A stretch of DNA of 62,310 bases, filler included, from Sphacelaria rigidula (Eukaryota): NCBI GenBank assembly GCA_964200075.2. It is 11 parts of 11 records of this genome, joined end to end, with 100 filler letters (N's around TTAATTAATTAA, not from the genome) between each part and the next. Parts side by side here need not be neighbours in the genome. Positions count along the whole stretch, not along the records: positions 11,350 to 16,923 come from CAXNAA020026198.1; positions 17,024 to 22,597 come from CAXNAA020026199.1; positions 22,698 to 28,271 come from CAXNAA020026200.1; 8 more parts are not named here. The stretch is one strand, 5' to 3'. This document shows positions 11,707 to 24,971 of the stretch, piece by piece. Every line of letters begins with the position of its first letter. Within the stretch, counting starts at the first letter, position 1. Both the position numbers and the translations under genes were made by a program. The notes beneath the pieces are model-generated. The model saw only the letters and a program-made list of their open reading frames with translations, ran no database searches and was not told the DNA's origin.

Positions 11707-14616
11707 CTCTTCTGGAAGAGACGACGGCCACTCTATCCCTTGCTGCCACAGGGGCTGCCGGGCCACTCTGGGTCCGGGCGAAAGCGACTCACGTCGTCTA
11801 GGCGAAGCTCCTACTCGCGTAGTGGGCGACCTGGGCGACGTCCAGCGCCCTGGAGACATGGAGCCACGCCATGGGGGCGGCAAGGTCTCTGGTGGAGAGA
11901 GCACGTCGATCCTCAGTCCCCCTTCCTTTCTTCTACACTGTTGTTTGGACGTTGAAGACGGTGGCGCATTCTGAGGACCTGGCGGGGACGGAGGATTCAC
12001 GTTATCGCTGCCGGCGCCGCCACCTCTTGACGGCGCGCCTGCTTGAAAAGTATCTGCAGAAGAGAACGGCTTACCGCGACGTGATTTGGGGGATCTCCAG
12101 GCACCACGAAAGTCCTGATCATGCCGAGGGCTATCGAAGAGCAGGTCCGTGATGGAAGCGTGTACGCGGTCTATCAGGCTCTGTCGTCGCCCCGGCGACT
12201 TCCGTGGCGACACTCCGCGTGGCGACACTCCGCGTTGCGGTGAGAGCTGGGGTAACAACCAATTGTGCGGCGAAGGCGTGGCTTGGGTTTCTGCCGCTGC
12301 TGCAGAAACCAACGGCCGAGAATCGCCACCCCTCTGACGATGACCACCGCCGCCGCCTCGGCCGTGCGTTGCACCGTCCTGTTCTGATGCCGTATTCCTC
12401 GGCGACGGATGATGTTCTCCTAGGTGCAAAGGAGAGCACGGCAGTTGCTTCTTGTCCTGCTCCTCCTGCTCCTCCTCTTTCAACGACGGGCGAAAGCGTT
12501 CCGCACCGTGGCCGGCTTCCAGAGGGAAAAGCGCATTTTGCGGTCTGATCGAATCCTCGACAACACCCGACGCTGACGTCGCGCCCGTGCCGACCGCCTG
12601 CGCTAGTTCCCTCGAGGACGACAAGATCGGCAAAGCCGCCGCCGTTGTTGGCAATACGTCACGGACGGCATCAAGCGCTTCCAGCGTTTTCGGTGGCGAA
12701 CAGAACGATCGAGATGATGAGCTAAGAGAAGACTCGTCGCTTCCTGACCCTTCCTCTGATAACGAGCCTGCAAATGCCTCCGGCATCCTTTCCTTTATAA
12801 GCTGTATCTCCTGCGAAACGTCCGCGCGCGCCGAAGACGAAAGAAACGGCTGAAGGGCGGGTGCGGCGGCATCGCCAGTAGGCGGCGTTGATTCTTCCGA
12901 GAACGACTCGCATTTGCTCTCAGGGCTTAGGCGAGCGGTCATCGAGGCAGGCAAATGGGTGCCTTTGCGTGGAGTGTGTTCTTCTCCGGGATCATCCCCT
13001 TCGAGTGCTTCTCCATCTGCAGCAACTGATGCCTGGTGACACAACGAAAGACCTGGACCTTCCCCTTCGGGTGGTGTGTGCTTGACCGCTGCGCAAGAGC
13101 TTGGCCCGGTGCTCAACGCCTTCGTGCCACTCTCCGTCGACGAACCACACGCGTCGTCTAGGTTTGCCGAAGCAATACTCTCCGCACCACCCTCCGGCTT
13201 GGCCACAACAACCTGAACATTATCATCGCCTGCTTCTTTCTGGACACCTTCGACTGCACCAGCTGCAGCGACGTGGTTGTTGTCGGCCGCCACCGGGGAG
13301 AGTTCCTCGTCAAGATCATCAATAACCATTGGCCCAAGAACACCGTACATGAATAGATCATCTCGGGACATCGTCCCCATTTTCGCTAAACGACTGCTGG
13401 ATATGGCTTGGGCGGGGGCGGAGGTGTCGATCTCAGTACTGATCGTGAGGATAGTCGCAATTCTAGGCGCCTCAACGCGCTCTGTCTCACGTTGAGGCAA
13501 GGAGGATTCGTCACGAGATACAGCATCAGCCCCGGCAATTCCCCTGCTGGAGTCACCCTCGACTTCCGCGAGGGCCTCTTCTCGCGACTCTGGAGTCGTG
13601 AGTGCTTGCGTACTACCCGAGGCCTTTGATCGGCTAAAACACAGCGCCATGTTTTCTCGCCTTTCCTCTTCGACCACCGGCGCGTTGTTCACGCCGTCTA
13701 CCTCCTTCATGTCTACCTTCAGGCCAACGGTGCTTGCTCCTCCAGCTCCCTCCTCATTTCGATTGTATATGATCATCTCGCCGGGCGGCGCGATCGACTC
13801 CGACGCCTGTCCCTCCGCTTCCCCTCCCGTTGCTTGGCGACCCTCTAGAGTTTCGTCGTCCGGCCCCACACGCTGCCCGTGCAACACGGCCGCCAAGGCC
13901 TGTTGCTCGGAGTTCAAGACCACTTGCTCAGCCTCTGATGCAACCGCCGTAGCGACGGTCACCGTGCTATCCTCCTTGCCCTCGCGCATGGCGGACTGTG
14001 GACCTCCCCGCGACAGCTGGAAGTCGCGCGTACGACCGGAGGTCAGTAATGCAGGGTCCGCTTTCCCATCAACAAGCTCAACGACGGATCTCAGCAAGTC
14101 CCTGCCAGACACGGGTGACCTACTCTCGGTGTGCCCCTCTTGTACTCCCCTGTCCTCTTGTGACGTCGAGATTGCGCTGGACGCGAAAATTATCCTCCTA
14201 TCCAAACCGCTGCTTGGAGCTGAGGAAGGCAACCCGACATCCACCGTCTTCGTCGCTGCTGCTTGCCTCTTCATCCCCTCAGGTACCTTTGCGTTTCCAA
14301 GATCTTCCGGCACCTCCAACCTCGCCGATTTCGTAGTGACGCTTCCGCTCGCGTCGTTCACCTCTCCAGTAGCCGCCTCGGCCTCCGCCGCTTCTCCCGT
14401 GCATGGTTTCGACAACTCTCCTCTTGCACCATCAGCCTTGACAGCAAAAATAGAATCACGGTGATGACAGGAACCTGGCGAGACCCCCGTCGTTGTTCCT
14501 ATGTTCCTTGCGCCGCCACTCCCGCCGCCGTCACGGCCACCAATGGATCCTCTACTCGCTTGCCTGCCGAAAACACCCAGAGGCTGGCCTGGCGCAGTAT
14601 TTTTCTCGAACAACGC
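11707..14616 (-). CDS. 2910-bp internal exon of a large, intrinsically disordered Ser/Ala/Glu/Pro-rich protein
   Basis: 971-codon ORF. Acceptor atttag|GCG at 14617/14616, donor GAG|GTGGGT at 11707/11706, phase 0-0. No recognisable domain. Confidence 0.8.
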
Positions 14617-15109
14617 CTAAATCACCACGCGGTAACGAAAGCGGGAAGTGGGGTGGGTAGGCTCGCCTATGCGTGTGTACATAATACATCATCATGGTCT
14701 CATCGTAACGACATACCGCCCCTCCGAGGGCACGTGCCTACTTTCCTTGAAGCGTAACGGAAGACAATGCAGGGACAGCAAAAGAGCTGGCGTTCGCAAA
14801 GCGGCATCACCTCCAGATCCATGAACCATGCCGAAAAAATTGCAACGGGAACCGAAACAACATCCGAACACGGGAAACCAGCAAAGGTGTCCTGCTAGAT
14901 ATGACCAGAGATGTACTCCGAGTATAATGTCACACCAACACATTTTCTACCCTCCTCGCGCTGTAGAGAAGAAAATGACGAAAGGTCAGGCTGGACTTAG
15001 GCGGGATAGAGTAGTCGAGAACGTGTGGAAGGAGATAGGAGGACACCAAGATGAGATCGTTTCCATAGGTTAAAGCGGTGGGTACAAAACAAAAGTAATA
15101 GACATGGTG

Positions 15110-15470
15110 GAAATAAGGGGGAAAGCAACTCCAAGACGGGATATAGGCGAGGAAGAACACCGGAACATAAACGGGGGGTTGAGAGAGGGGATCGGAATGA
15201 AAATGTATCTGCATGGCCCAATGGACTTCGAAAAAAAATGAAACTGCGATTTCGGGAGGGAGACCTGGACCTGCCAGAAAGAAGAAAGTGGTACACCAGC
15301 AGTCGAGTGGAGGAGGAAGCCGATGCGCAGAATTGCCCCTGTGGTGAAGCATTAGAGAGTAAAATTCGTATTGTGACCCAATGTGAACTGTACAAGGAGG
15401 AACGGGACGTGCTAGCAGGGGAAGCGCGGGAAGTGAACGAAGGTGGCATTAACCATGCGTGGTTCTTCGA
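15110..15470 (+). mobile_element. non-LTR retrotransposon (LINE) 3' remnant inside intron
   Basis: KLRFREGDLDLPERRK...CPCGEALESKIRIVTQCELY resembles a degenerate C-terminal CCHC zinc finger of LINE ORF2. Confidence 0.55.
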
Positions 15471-15555
15471 GCAACAAATGAGTACGCCCTCCGCCCTCCG
15501 CCCCCCCCCACCCTCCCCGGCCGACAAGTAAATGGCGGCCTCCATTTTCATTCAC

Positions 15556-16653
15556 CTTTAGATTCCCCACTCCAATTACACTCGTCTCAATATCTGGCGA
15601 TGAAAGCCTCCCCCGCGCCCCCTTGTGCAAAGCTTTCCGTTTCTCAGCCGAACGTCCCGGGACGTCCCACCCACTATCAGCGCTAGCCCGCCGCTCCCAC
15701 AGCAGGCGAACACCTTGTAGATTCTTGGCGATTTCATCCGAGACACCAGAATTGCGAGTCACCGGCGCTGCTGTTTCCTCCGCATTCTCTGCCGCCGTTA
15801 CCGCCACCGCCTGACCCGAGGATGCTTGTGACCTCTCTGCTTCAAGAGCGGACGTTTCACCTTCACCACCTCCATGTTGCGGAGATAGAGAAGGGGTCTG
15901 AGTGGGTTGCGATTGGCATTCCGAAGAGCGCTTCCACGGCGAGGGCAACAACCGCTCCCCATTACTTCGCTGTAACCGCTTGGTCCGGATGCTGCCGAAG
16001 CCCGCCGGCACCGCCTCCATCCCAGGAGCGTCTTCGTTCACGACGCGACCGTACGAACGGCGCCCTCCTCTGCCCGCCGACCTCGGAGATAATGATCCCG
16101 CGCGGTTGCGCGAAGACGGGGTCGAGATCGGAGAAACGAGAACGTTGCGATCCTTGACCACTTTCTGCAGGCGTAATCCTTGAACAGTTGTGATCCTCTT
16201 CGCCGGCATGTCGGCAGACGCAGCGGCGGCGGCAGCAGCGGTTGGCGCGACAGGTGCTGTGAACTGCTGCTTCTGTTGCTGCTGCTTCTGATCCCAGACT
16301 CGACCGCGCTTCGTCGGCGTTATCGGGGAAGTTGCGGCGGCGAAAGCGGCGGCAGCATCGCGTTGCAGCGTTGGGTGCGCCCTTAATAGCTGCGGCGCCA
16401 AAGCACCGGTCGCGCTGCCGCCGCTGGTATCGGTAATACCTCTGTCCGGTAATGGTTTGGCGCCGGTAGCCGTGGGCGAATTGCCTCTCTCGGAGTAGGA
16501 ATTCCGCATGGCAGATACGTTACCAACTGCTGTCCCTGAGCCCCTTTCGCCGACGCTGGCGCTGCGCGGTTGGGTACCTAAATCTCGCTGCCGCAGTCGC
16601 ATCGGTGATCGAGCAATCTGATCGCGTTCGGACGCCTTGCGGTCGTCGCGGGA
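15556..16653 (-). CDS. upstream 1098-bp exon of the same disordered protein
   Basis: Frame open from a polypyrimidine + cctag acceptor (16654) to the AAG|GTGAAT donor (15556/15555). Splices in phase to give VIGVGNLK/ALFEKN. Confidence 0.75.
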
Positions 16654-17023
16654 CTAGGTACGTCGACAAATGAGAGAGAACGGGGGGCAACAGTGAGGTC
16701 GTGACGGTTTAGTTTGGCTACTCGCAAATGACTGCGAATAACGCCGGGATGCTGATCGCAACAGAACCCTTCCATCAGCGGCGAGTAAACACGTGCACTT
16801 TTATACGGAAATCATTCAATGAGACAGGAGGGGGCTCCAGCTAGCAACTCCGTCGGTAAATCGCCTTGACCATAATATCATCCCCTTCCTTGAAATACTA
16901 GTGATACTATGCCCCCCCCCCCCNNNNNNNNNNNNNNNNNNNNNNNNNNNNNNNNNNNNNNNNNNNNTTAATTAATTAANNNNNNNNNNNNNNNNNNNNN
17001 NNNNNNNNNNNNNNNNNNNNNNN

Positions 17024-17096
17024 CCCTAACTCTAACCACAGGGGTGCTCAAATTCCGATGCGGTCCTCTAAGCACGCGGTCCTCTCACGCATTACA
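17024..17096. mobile_element. MITE family B (telomeric-repeat carrying), right end
   Basis: ccctaactctaacc ... gcggtcctctaagcacgcggtcctctcacgcattaca. Confidence 0.75.
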
Positions 17097-17504
17097 AGGT
17101 GATTGTTTCATGAGCGCAGTAGGTCTTGGCATTTATGCCATGCATTGTCCACACCTTCCCTTCATTGGGCGCTTATTGCACCTAATGTCGGAAATGTCTG
17201 GAACTGGCTGACCAGGCTTCCACCGCCTACTGGAAACCGGTAAGGTTTTACGGCTATCTTACCACGAGACCCCAACCTCCATGTGAATTTGACATGGAGG
17301 GGGTGATGACCCTACCCTGTCCGTGCTGGTTATATCTTCTATACTTTCAATTTGCATGTAAGGTGGTCAACCTCCACGCTGTTGTTTATATGTCCAGGTT
17401 TTGGATTTATCATCATCTAACCTTTGTTTTGATATTGTGGGGGGGGGATCTCGGTGTTTTTCCGACTTGATATTGAAGAGTAGATCCGTTAGCTCCCGGG
17501 TTTA

Positions 17505-18293
17505 CACGTTCATATTCGGGCTGTGTTTTGGTAGGTTAAGGTAAAAGGAGGGCGAGCTTCTTTATTCCATGTTTATGTCCCGGCTGTGTTATGGTAGGTT
17601 GAAGAAAAAGGAGGGTGGGTTTCTATATTTAATGTCTATGTCTGGGCTGTGTTATGGTAAGTGAAATGAAAAGGAGGGTGAACTTCTTTATTCCATGTCT
17701 ATGTCCGGGCTGTGCCTTGGTAGGTTAAAGAAGAAGGAGGGTTAGCTTCTTCATTCCAAGTCTATGTCTGGGCTGTGTCATGGTAGGTTGAAGAAAAAGG
17801 AGGATGAGCTCTTTTTTCATGTCTATGTCCGGGCTGTGTCTTGGTAGGTCAAAGAAAAAAGATGATATTTAGCTTCTCTATTTCATTTCTATGTCCGGGC
17901 TGTACTATGGTAGGTTAAAGAAAAAAGAGGGATAGCTTCTCTATTTCATGTCCATGTTGTCCGGGCTGTGTTATGGTGTAGGGTAAAGAGAAAGGAGGGC
18001 CAGCTTCTTCATTTCACGTCTATTTCCGGGCTGTACTTTGGTAGGTTCAAGAAAAAGGAGGGTGGGCGTCTGTATTTGATGTCTTTGTCTGGGCTATGTT
18101 GTGGTAGGTTAGAGAAGAGGAGGGTGGGCTTCTCTGTTTGATGTCTATGTCCGGGTTGTATTATGGTAGGTAAACGAAAAGGGAGAGTTAGCTTCTCTTT
18201 TTCATGCTTATGTCCGGGTTGTATCATGGCAAGTTAAAGAGAAGGGAGGGTTAGCGTCTCCACTTCATGTCTGTAATCGGGTTGTGTTTTAGG
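17505..18293 (-). repeat. ~62-63 bp minisatellite array (~13 diverged units)
   Basis: Repeated catgtctatgtccgggctgtgttatggtaggtt..aaaaggaggg; reverse complement of the array at 38700-39618. Confidence 0.9.
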
Positions 18294-18644
18294 AGGTAGA
18301 AAATAACGAAAACGGAAAATGGAGAAATGTAGAGAAAGAAGAGAAGGAAAATACGACTCGTACGAAAGAAGGAAAAACAGAATAGCTAGGAGAAAAGAAG
18401 CAGTAAAAACTGGGGAAAGAGCCCTTCCTAGGTATACCATGTCTATATCTACACCGTGTGTTTCTGGGGGTAAATGTTGGGTTGCTTAATTTTTTAATGC
18501 TGTGTCCGTCGGTCCGGGACTTTCTTTGTCTAGCGGCGGTCCCCGGTATATGCACGGTGACAGTCTGTACATTTGTCTAGGTTTTTGTGGTTTGTTTTAC
18601 AGCGCCATTGCCACTCGACGCCAACCCAAGAGTCTAGATGTGAT

Positions 18645-18893
18645 GGGGGATTAGGGTTGGGGTTGGGGTCAGTGGCGTAGTCCCTGCAGGAACTGGCTCG
18701 ATTGGTTTTGTAAAACGTCGATCGTGAGGTGTATCGAGCCACGGCGCGACCCTCTCAGCACGCGGCCCTCTCATGGACTACAAGGGGCGGGGGCGGGGGG
18801 ACTGGCCCGATTGATTTCGAAAAACGTCGATCTTGAGGTGTTTTGAACGACGATGCGGTACCCTAAGCACACGGTCCTCTCAAGCATTATTAC
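18645..18893. mobile_element. two partial MITE family B copies
   Basis: ttagggttgggg, ctgcagg, aaaacgtcgatc and gcacgcggccctctc motifs; the right part occurs twice. Confidence 0.65.
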
Positions 18894-19573
18894 ACCGTGC
18901 TGGGTGTTGTTGCTGTCCACAGGCTGGTTCACGCTTATCACTCAAAATTGTGTCATCAGCGATTGCCTTTCGCAACACCTACCCGAAGGTGGCATACACG
19001 ATATCATACCGACCGCCATGGAGAGCGGAGGAGCGTGAAAAAGCCCGGTTTGTGTTTGCAAGGCCATACTGGTGAGGCCAAGGGCGAAAAGGTACCTTGA
19101 CCACCAATCAGCGTCCTTCAAATTATTCTGAGATTAAAATAATGACAAGATCTCGAGCCTAAATACCACCCAATCTCAACACTCTTTGAATCACAGTAAT
19201 CGTCGTCACGTCAGGAATCTAATAGAGGGAGCAGATTTGGAAAAGGTCACAAGAGGGTCAAACTATACCCGAAACCGTGATGTTCCAGTCATGTGGGGTT
19301 TTGCCATCGTCTGGTTTCCACCGATGATACGCAGGAAAGACCCAGGGAGCCTCGTGACAGTTTTCCTTACATTTCTTTTAAGAAAAGCCCAGATCGCCCT
19401 CAATCTTGACAGTTTCGTAGGTATTGATTCCTCGAGTGGAGGTACTGTACTTTTGACAAAAATTCACAGTTTCTCCGTTGCCTCCCGGCTTCTGGGAGTC
19501 CCCGTGTGAATGTTCCCGGAGGGCGGTACAGAATCGCTTCTTAGTGGAAGAAGAATATAATCGCGTGTCACAG

Positions 19574-19883
19574 TGTAATGCGTGAGAGGACCCGTTGCTC
19601 AGGGGACTGCATCGTTGTTCAAAACACCTCTCAGGATCGACGTTTCCAATAAACAATCGGACTAGTCCCTGCACGGACCACGCCCCTTGTAATGCGTGAG
19701 AGGACCGCGTGCTTAGAGAACCGCCGTTGTTCAAAATACCTCAGGATCAACGTTTTTCAAAACCAATCGGGCCAGTCCCTGCAGGTACCATGTCCCTGAC
19801 CCTAACCCTAACCCTAACCCTAACCATAGGGATGCTCAAATTCTGATGCGGTCCTTAAGCACGCGGTCCTCTCACGCATTACA
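19574..19883. mobile_element. MITE family B, partial plus full copy in tandem
   Basis: TGTAATGCGTGAGAGGACC at 19574 and 19688; (CCCTAA)n at ~19800-19825; ends CTCTCACGCATTACA. Confidence 0.85.
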
Positions 19884-20720
19884 AAAGCAACTCTCAATCA
19901 GCACTCTACTCTAAATATCACGAAAACGTTGTTATGTACATAGATGGTGCTCTGCCAGGTCGAACGACATACAGCCTGACGAAAGTTTGGGTGGCAGAAT
20001 ACCCGAGCAACGATATACACCAACGTCTTCGTGAAACTGAGAGTCGAAGGTACGATTGAGTGTGAAAAGCGGTCAATCAGTGAATAAGCCGTTCCAGTAC
20101 CGAAATGCACCTCCACCAGGCCCAATATGCTGTCTGTAGTAGCTTGCCACTGAGGCCCGCGATACCCCTGAGTAGGATATCAACGTGTAGCTGTAAGCAC
20201 ATGACAGTGATTAAACGACGGAAGCACACAGGGAATAAAAAATTGGCCAACTCAAAGCGCATAAGCAAAGCCATCCTCAATCTGCACCCAACCCTCGATC
20301 TAACGAAAACCTTGCTATACCTACGTCGTAGTACTCCACTGACAAAGCAAGAAGTGCTGAAGCACAACAGAGGAGTCGGATCGAGAGAGTAACAAAAACA
20401 CACCACCAGAACAAGGAACGCGAAGTCATACACTCTTGGACGCCTTGAGTGAACAGCACTCACCCTGCCTGTTCGCAAGCCCTTCAGCACTGCTGCACGC
20501 ATCACGAGTTATTTTTACAGTCTAAGGTGGTCACGACGATAACCACAAACATTGCAAAATTTGCATACAAGACGAACGCAAAGAGACCGAAAAGGGGAAA
20601 TCAAGTTAGAAAAAAAACAGCCACACGATATGGGGGGAACGTGGGCAACACAATCCAGAGGGGTGCGGGGGGCGGGTGGGGGGTGGGAAGGCGAAACAAG
20701 AGGGGGGGAAAGGAAACATA

Positions 20721-20931
20721 CGTAATGCGTGAGAGGACCGGGTGCTTAGAGGACCGCATCGGAATCTGATCATCCCTATGATTAGTGTTAGGGTTAGAGT
20801 TAGTGTTAGGGCTGTAGTCAGGGGCGTCGTACCTGCAGGGACTGGCCCGATTGGTTTTGAAAAACGTCGGTCCTGCGGTGTTTTGAACTAAGGCGCAGTC
20901 CTCTAAGCACGCGGTCCTCTCACGCATTACA
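20721..20931. mobile_element. MITE family B, CATA TSD
   Basis: Long TIRs (GTAATGCGTGAGAGGACC.../...GGTCCTCTCACGCATTACA), CATA on both sides. Confidence 0.85.
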
Positions 20932-21632
20932 CATACCTAGCGTGTGCAGTGTGACGCCGTCGGTGGCGAATGGAGTGTGTCGATTCGTTCGATGTATTCA
21001 TGTCCCCTCCGATTTTCATCTTTCTTGCGTTTCTTCTCAGTATACTCCGCCCGCCGTGAGTTCAGTCATTCTCTCGTTCACCCGGCCTTGCCACGAATAC
21101 TGTTCAGGTGATTTTTCGGAATAGTTGTACAGAAAGTTGGAGCATGACAAACGAATCCTGAACAGTATTTCGAGCAGTAATCGCCACCTCGATGGTTCAC
21201 CATCAAGTAGGGTCTACTGGTTTCACGTCGACATCCACCTGCAAAGTGCTTGTTCAAATCGCAGTGACAAGAGGATCCAGAGACCGAATACGTCAGGTGT
21301 GTAAGCGATACGCTGTTGTAAACCCACCCTTCTTTGTTTATTGCTTCAAGAGTCGAGAGTGGTGTGACACGTGTGTGTGTTACGGCGTTCGCTTGAACAA
21401 AGGTTTGGTTCAAGAAGAGGGCACATCAAAGCTCAACAGCTGCGGTGATGTTACGAAGAAAGGTGCCATCAAGCGATGCCTGGCAGTAAAAACACACCCC
21501 GCTTGGGATGCGGTGACTGAAGCAGACACCAGAAGCATAAGATGACACTGCTGGTCCGTTTAGGCATAGTAGTTTGGCATGACGTATCGAATCAACGTGG
21601 CCAACGCATCGAAACGGAGCTCCCCATGTCCG

Positions 21633-21843
21633 TGTAATGGGTGAGAGGACCGCGTGCGTAGAGGACCGCATTGGAATTTGAACATCCCTATCGTTAGGGT
21701 TGGGGTTAGGGTTAGAGATAGGGTGATGATTAGGGGTGTGGTACCTGCAGGGACTGGCCCGGTTGGCTTTCAAAAGCGTCGATCCTGAGGCGTTTTGAAC
21801 TACGGCGCGGTCCTCTAAGCACGCGGTTCTCTCACGCATTACA
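21633..21843. mobile_element. MITE family B
   Basis: TGT...ACA TIRs, internal ttagggttggggttagggttag. Confidence 0.85.
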
Positions 21844-22406
21844 GTCCATACCCAGTCATGTCAAAGACGCTCAATTTCTCCGAGATTCCAGCGAGTGTCT
21901 ACCCTCCGGTTGTGTATGTACACCTAACCGTCTGTACCTCAGGGGAGATGATGTGAGACGCGTGTACGCGTATTGGTGCGCATTCTTCGAGAAACATGTA
22001 TATGTTGTGATATTTACTCAGCTAGGCTGTTTCCGTCGTGCACTGTGAAAGCAGCTGTGGCGAACGACCTCCCATCAACACGGGGCACGACTGCTTGACA
22101 AGTTTGTCATCGCGTATGCGGTCTCTTCCCGGCCTGCGTGCAGCAGACGGAATAAGTAGGTCAATGTCGAGCCCTATACAGTCTATATGCATAGACTAGC
22201 GCAACAACTCAAGCAGACTGTCTTCCTGATGTACTTCCAGAGCGCCCTCCATTGTTGTTTATGGTACCAGAGGCACTGGGCACGTCCATCTGGGTCGTTC
22301 CGCTGGTACCTCAGGAACCACCCAGTGTCACATCCCAGTTGCATCTGCTCAGGTCCTACTATCCCTGAGCCTCACACCCTGATCCTTGAGCCCATTTCAG
22401 AGTATA

Positions 22407-22570
22407 TGTATTGCGTGAGAGGACCGCGTACTTAGAGGACCGCATCGGAATTTGGACACCCGTATGGTTAGGGTTAGGGTGAGCGTTAGTGTTGGGGTTG
22501 GGGTCAGGGGCGTGGTACCTGCAGGGACTGACCCAATTGAATATGAAAAACGTCGATCCTAAGGTATTTT
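22407..22570. mobile_element. MITE family B, right end missing
   Basis: tgtattgcgtgagaggaccgcg...ggttagggttaggg...aaaacgtcgatcct. Confidence 0.75.
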
Positions 22571-24971
22571 AACCCTTAGACCGCGAGGTTAGTCTTCNNN
22601 NNNNNNNNNNNNNNNNNNNNNNNNNNNNNNNNNNNNNNNNNTTAATTAATTAANNNNNNNNNNNNNNNNNNNNNNNNNNNNNNNNNNNNNNNNNNNNAAT
22701 GGTCTGATGACTATGGCAAGCATGATAATGAGTACACGAGGGTATCTCCCTACATTATCATAAAGAAGAGAGAAAACTTCTTGTTTCACGTGGAAGACAC
22801 ACGCACAACACGCACACACAACGTACCACGGGAATAGGCTGGTCATAGCAGATCTTGTGCTCGTCCCCCTTCCGTGGGTCTCCGCCATCCCCGCCAGTCA
22901 TCTCCACCGGAAAATAAATAGGAATCGGCTGCGATACACGCGGATGATTGAACCAAACGCGAAAAACACATCCAACAGCACGTACGAGAGGAATCCGAAC
23001 GTTGATCAGGACGCGTGCGACAGGGCTAAGGGGGAAGGGGGGTGAGGTGGGAGAGGAGGCGCAGGGGGGCGGGAAACTAGCGCTTTGAAAATGGGTATAA
23101 TGCTTTGGAGAGGGATACTAGTATTGTGAAAAGAGTACTGTATTAAGCGTTTTGAAAAGGGGTACTAATGCTTTGACAACGAGTACTTGTGCTTCGACAA
23201 GGGATACCGGTAGTGTTCAGCGTGCCTCAGACCACCGATCACAGAAGGGTAGCGAAACGTAACCACCATTACGGAGACATGAACAAGGGGGGCATACTAA
23301 CAGATCGCACCAAATTAGAAGGACAGCCCAAGGGGCGCGGGGAGGAATATATCCGTTGGCGGACGGATGGACGGGGTTTAAGAACATCAGTTTCCGCAGT
23401 TGGCATTAGCTAAGGAACATATTGAAGCCAGGGCACCATTTACTCGAGACTCGAGCTCCTAGCCCCATCAGATGGATCAGGCAGCCCCGTCGAAAATATA
23501 TGTTTAGTAGAGTACAGTGGCAGTAGCGAGCAGCTACCCTTTGCTCTGATCTCAAGAACACCCTCAACGACAACATACCTACCATGCACTCCGGGGTCTT
23601 TGACCCCTTGGTGTTACAATTTTCTGCACCAAGGCAGATTATTTCGCCCCACAACCAAGGCAATTACTTTTCTCCCATTGATGCACTTAACCTGTGCCAC
23701 CTGGTGGTCACAGGTCATACTCTTTGACCAATTTTTACGGGGGCCGTTCAAAAGTTTATTTTCGAAAAATTCCAACGGGTAGCAACAAGAACCGCTTATA
23801 TCGGACAAAATCGTGACGATTTTGAACAAAAGTGACACCCAAATTTTTTAACGGGCCCTACACTTTGGCCGGGCGCTAAAAATCGTGTCCCCATTTTGAG
23901 TGCTCGAGGACCTGTTCAATACTGGGCAAAGTAAAATGTGAGACATGTCACTTCTTACTGTACTACAGAACATACGTACGGCTGCGGCTCTCTCATGTGC
24001 TGCACTTGTCACTGCACTGTCGTGTGTTTAGACAAAGCAAAAGCTGTCTGGTCTCTGCTGGAAATGCCTGAGCTGCTGTACTACTAATGTGTTTCGAACG
24101 ACTGCAGTCGGCCGTTAGTAATGTCTTGTCGAAGTTGAAAACGCTCTACAGTATGTGCTTGTTGGACGCTATGTCTTTCGCAATGAACAAGGTCCTTGGT
24201 GCGCAGATCCAGCATTCCTGCGCTGTAGCCAACACGGTAGTGCAGTGCGTTGGAATCCTGCAGAAACGGCTTCATCTGCGCTCAGGATTGCGTGAACTGC
24301 TGTGTTGTCGCTGTGCTGTTGTTGTGTTGTGTGCCGGTCGGTACGCAAGTCTAGACACTGGCGAAAGCGTCACTATCATGGTGTGTTGGATGCGTTGTGT
24401 CGTCTGTAGAAATGACAGTGCGATCCGTGCACATCCATGTCTATGCTGACGTTGTCGTTGTACTGTCTGTAGTGTCCTTGAAACCTACGAACACAGTTTG
24501 ATCTACGCTGAGGATCGCCTGAGATACTGTGCTGCCGCTGGTCACGTCTGTACAGAATTGGGATTGGGAACAAAATGCTGTGACAAGAAGTTAGAGAAGT
24601 CACGTAATGACTGTGCAGCCGTTATGAATTATTTGGATGATTTTGTACAGGTGCACAACTCCTAGGTCACGCCAACTTCATGTATGTACGAGTCCAATTT
24701 TGTGCCACAAGACTATTTTACGTTTTGTCCCCGTTCGAAAATCGCGGCAGGCGAAGAATTGTAGTCAATTTTCTCAAGAATAAAATTTTGAAGGGTTCCC
24801 GCGAGAATTGGTCTTCGAGCGCCATTACTAATGTTTTCTGCTCCGAAATTACGTCCTGACAGTCCCGCGGACACTTGGAGCACAACAATTCTGTGCGTTC
24901 ATGTCCCATTTGACGGCCCTCGGGCGCTACGAGCTGGGCCAGCCGAGAAGCGATTCTGCAGGCTGCAGGCT

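Noticed and set aside
13598..14464. 288-aa plus-strand ORF and similar overlapping ORFs
   Set aside because: Antisense shadows of the GC-rich minus-strand exon.
21078..21600. Long, nearly open minus-strand frame with one stop, Cys/His-rich
   Set aside because: No motif recognised; may be a decayed TE or viral gene, but unsupported without a homology search.
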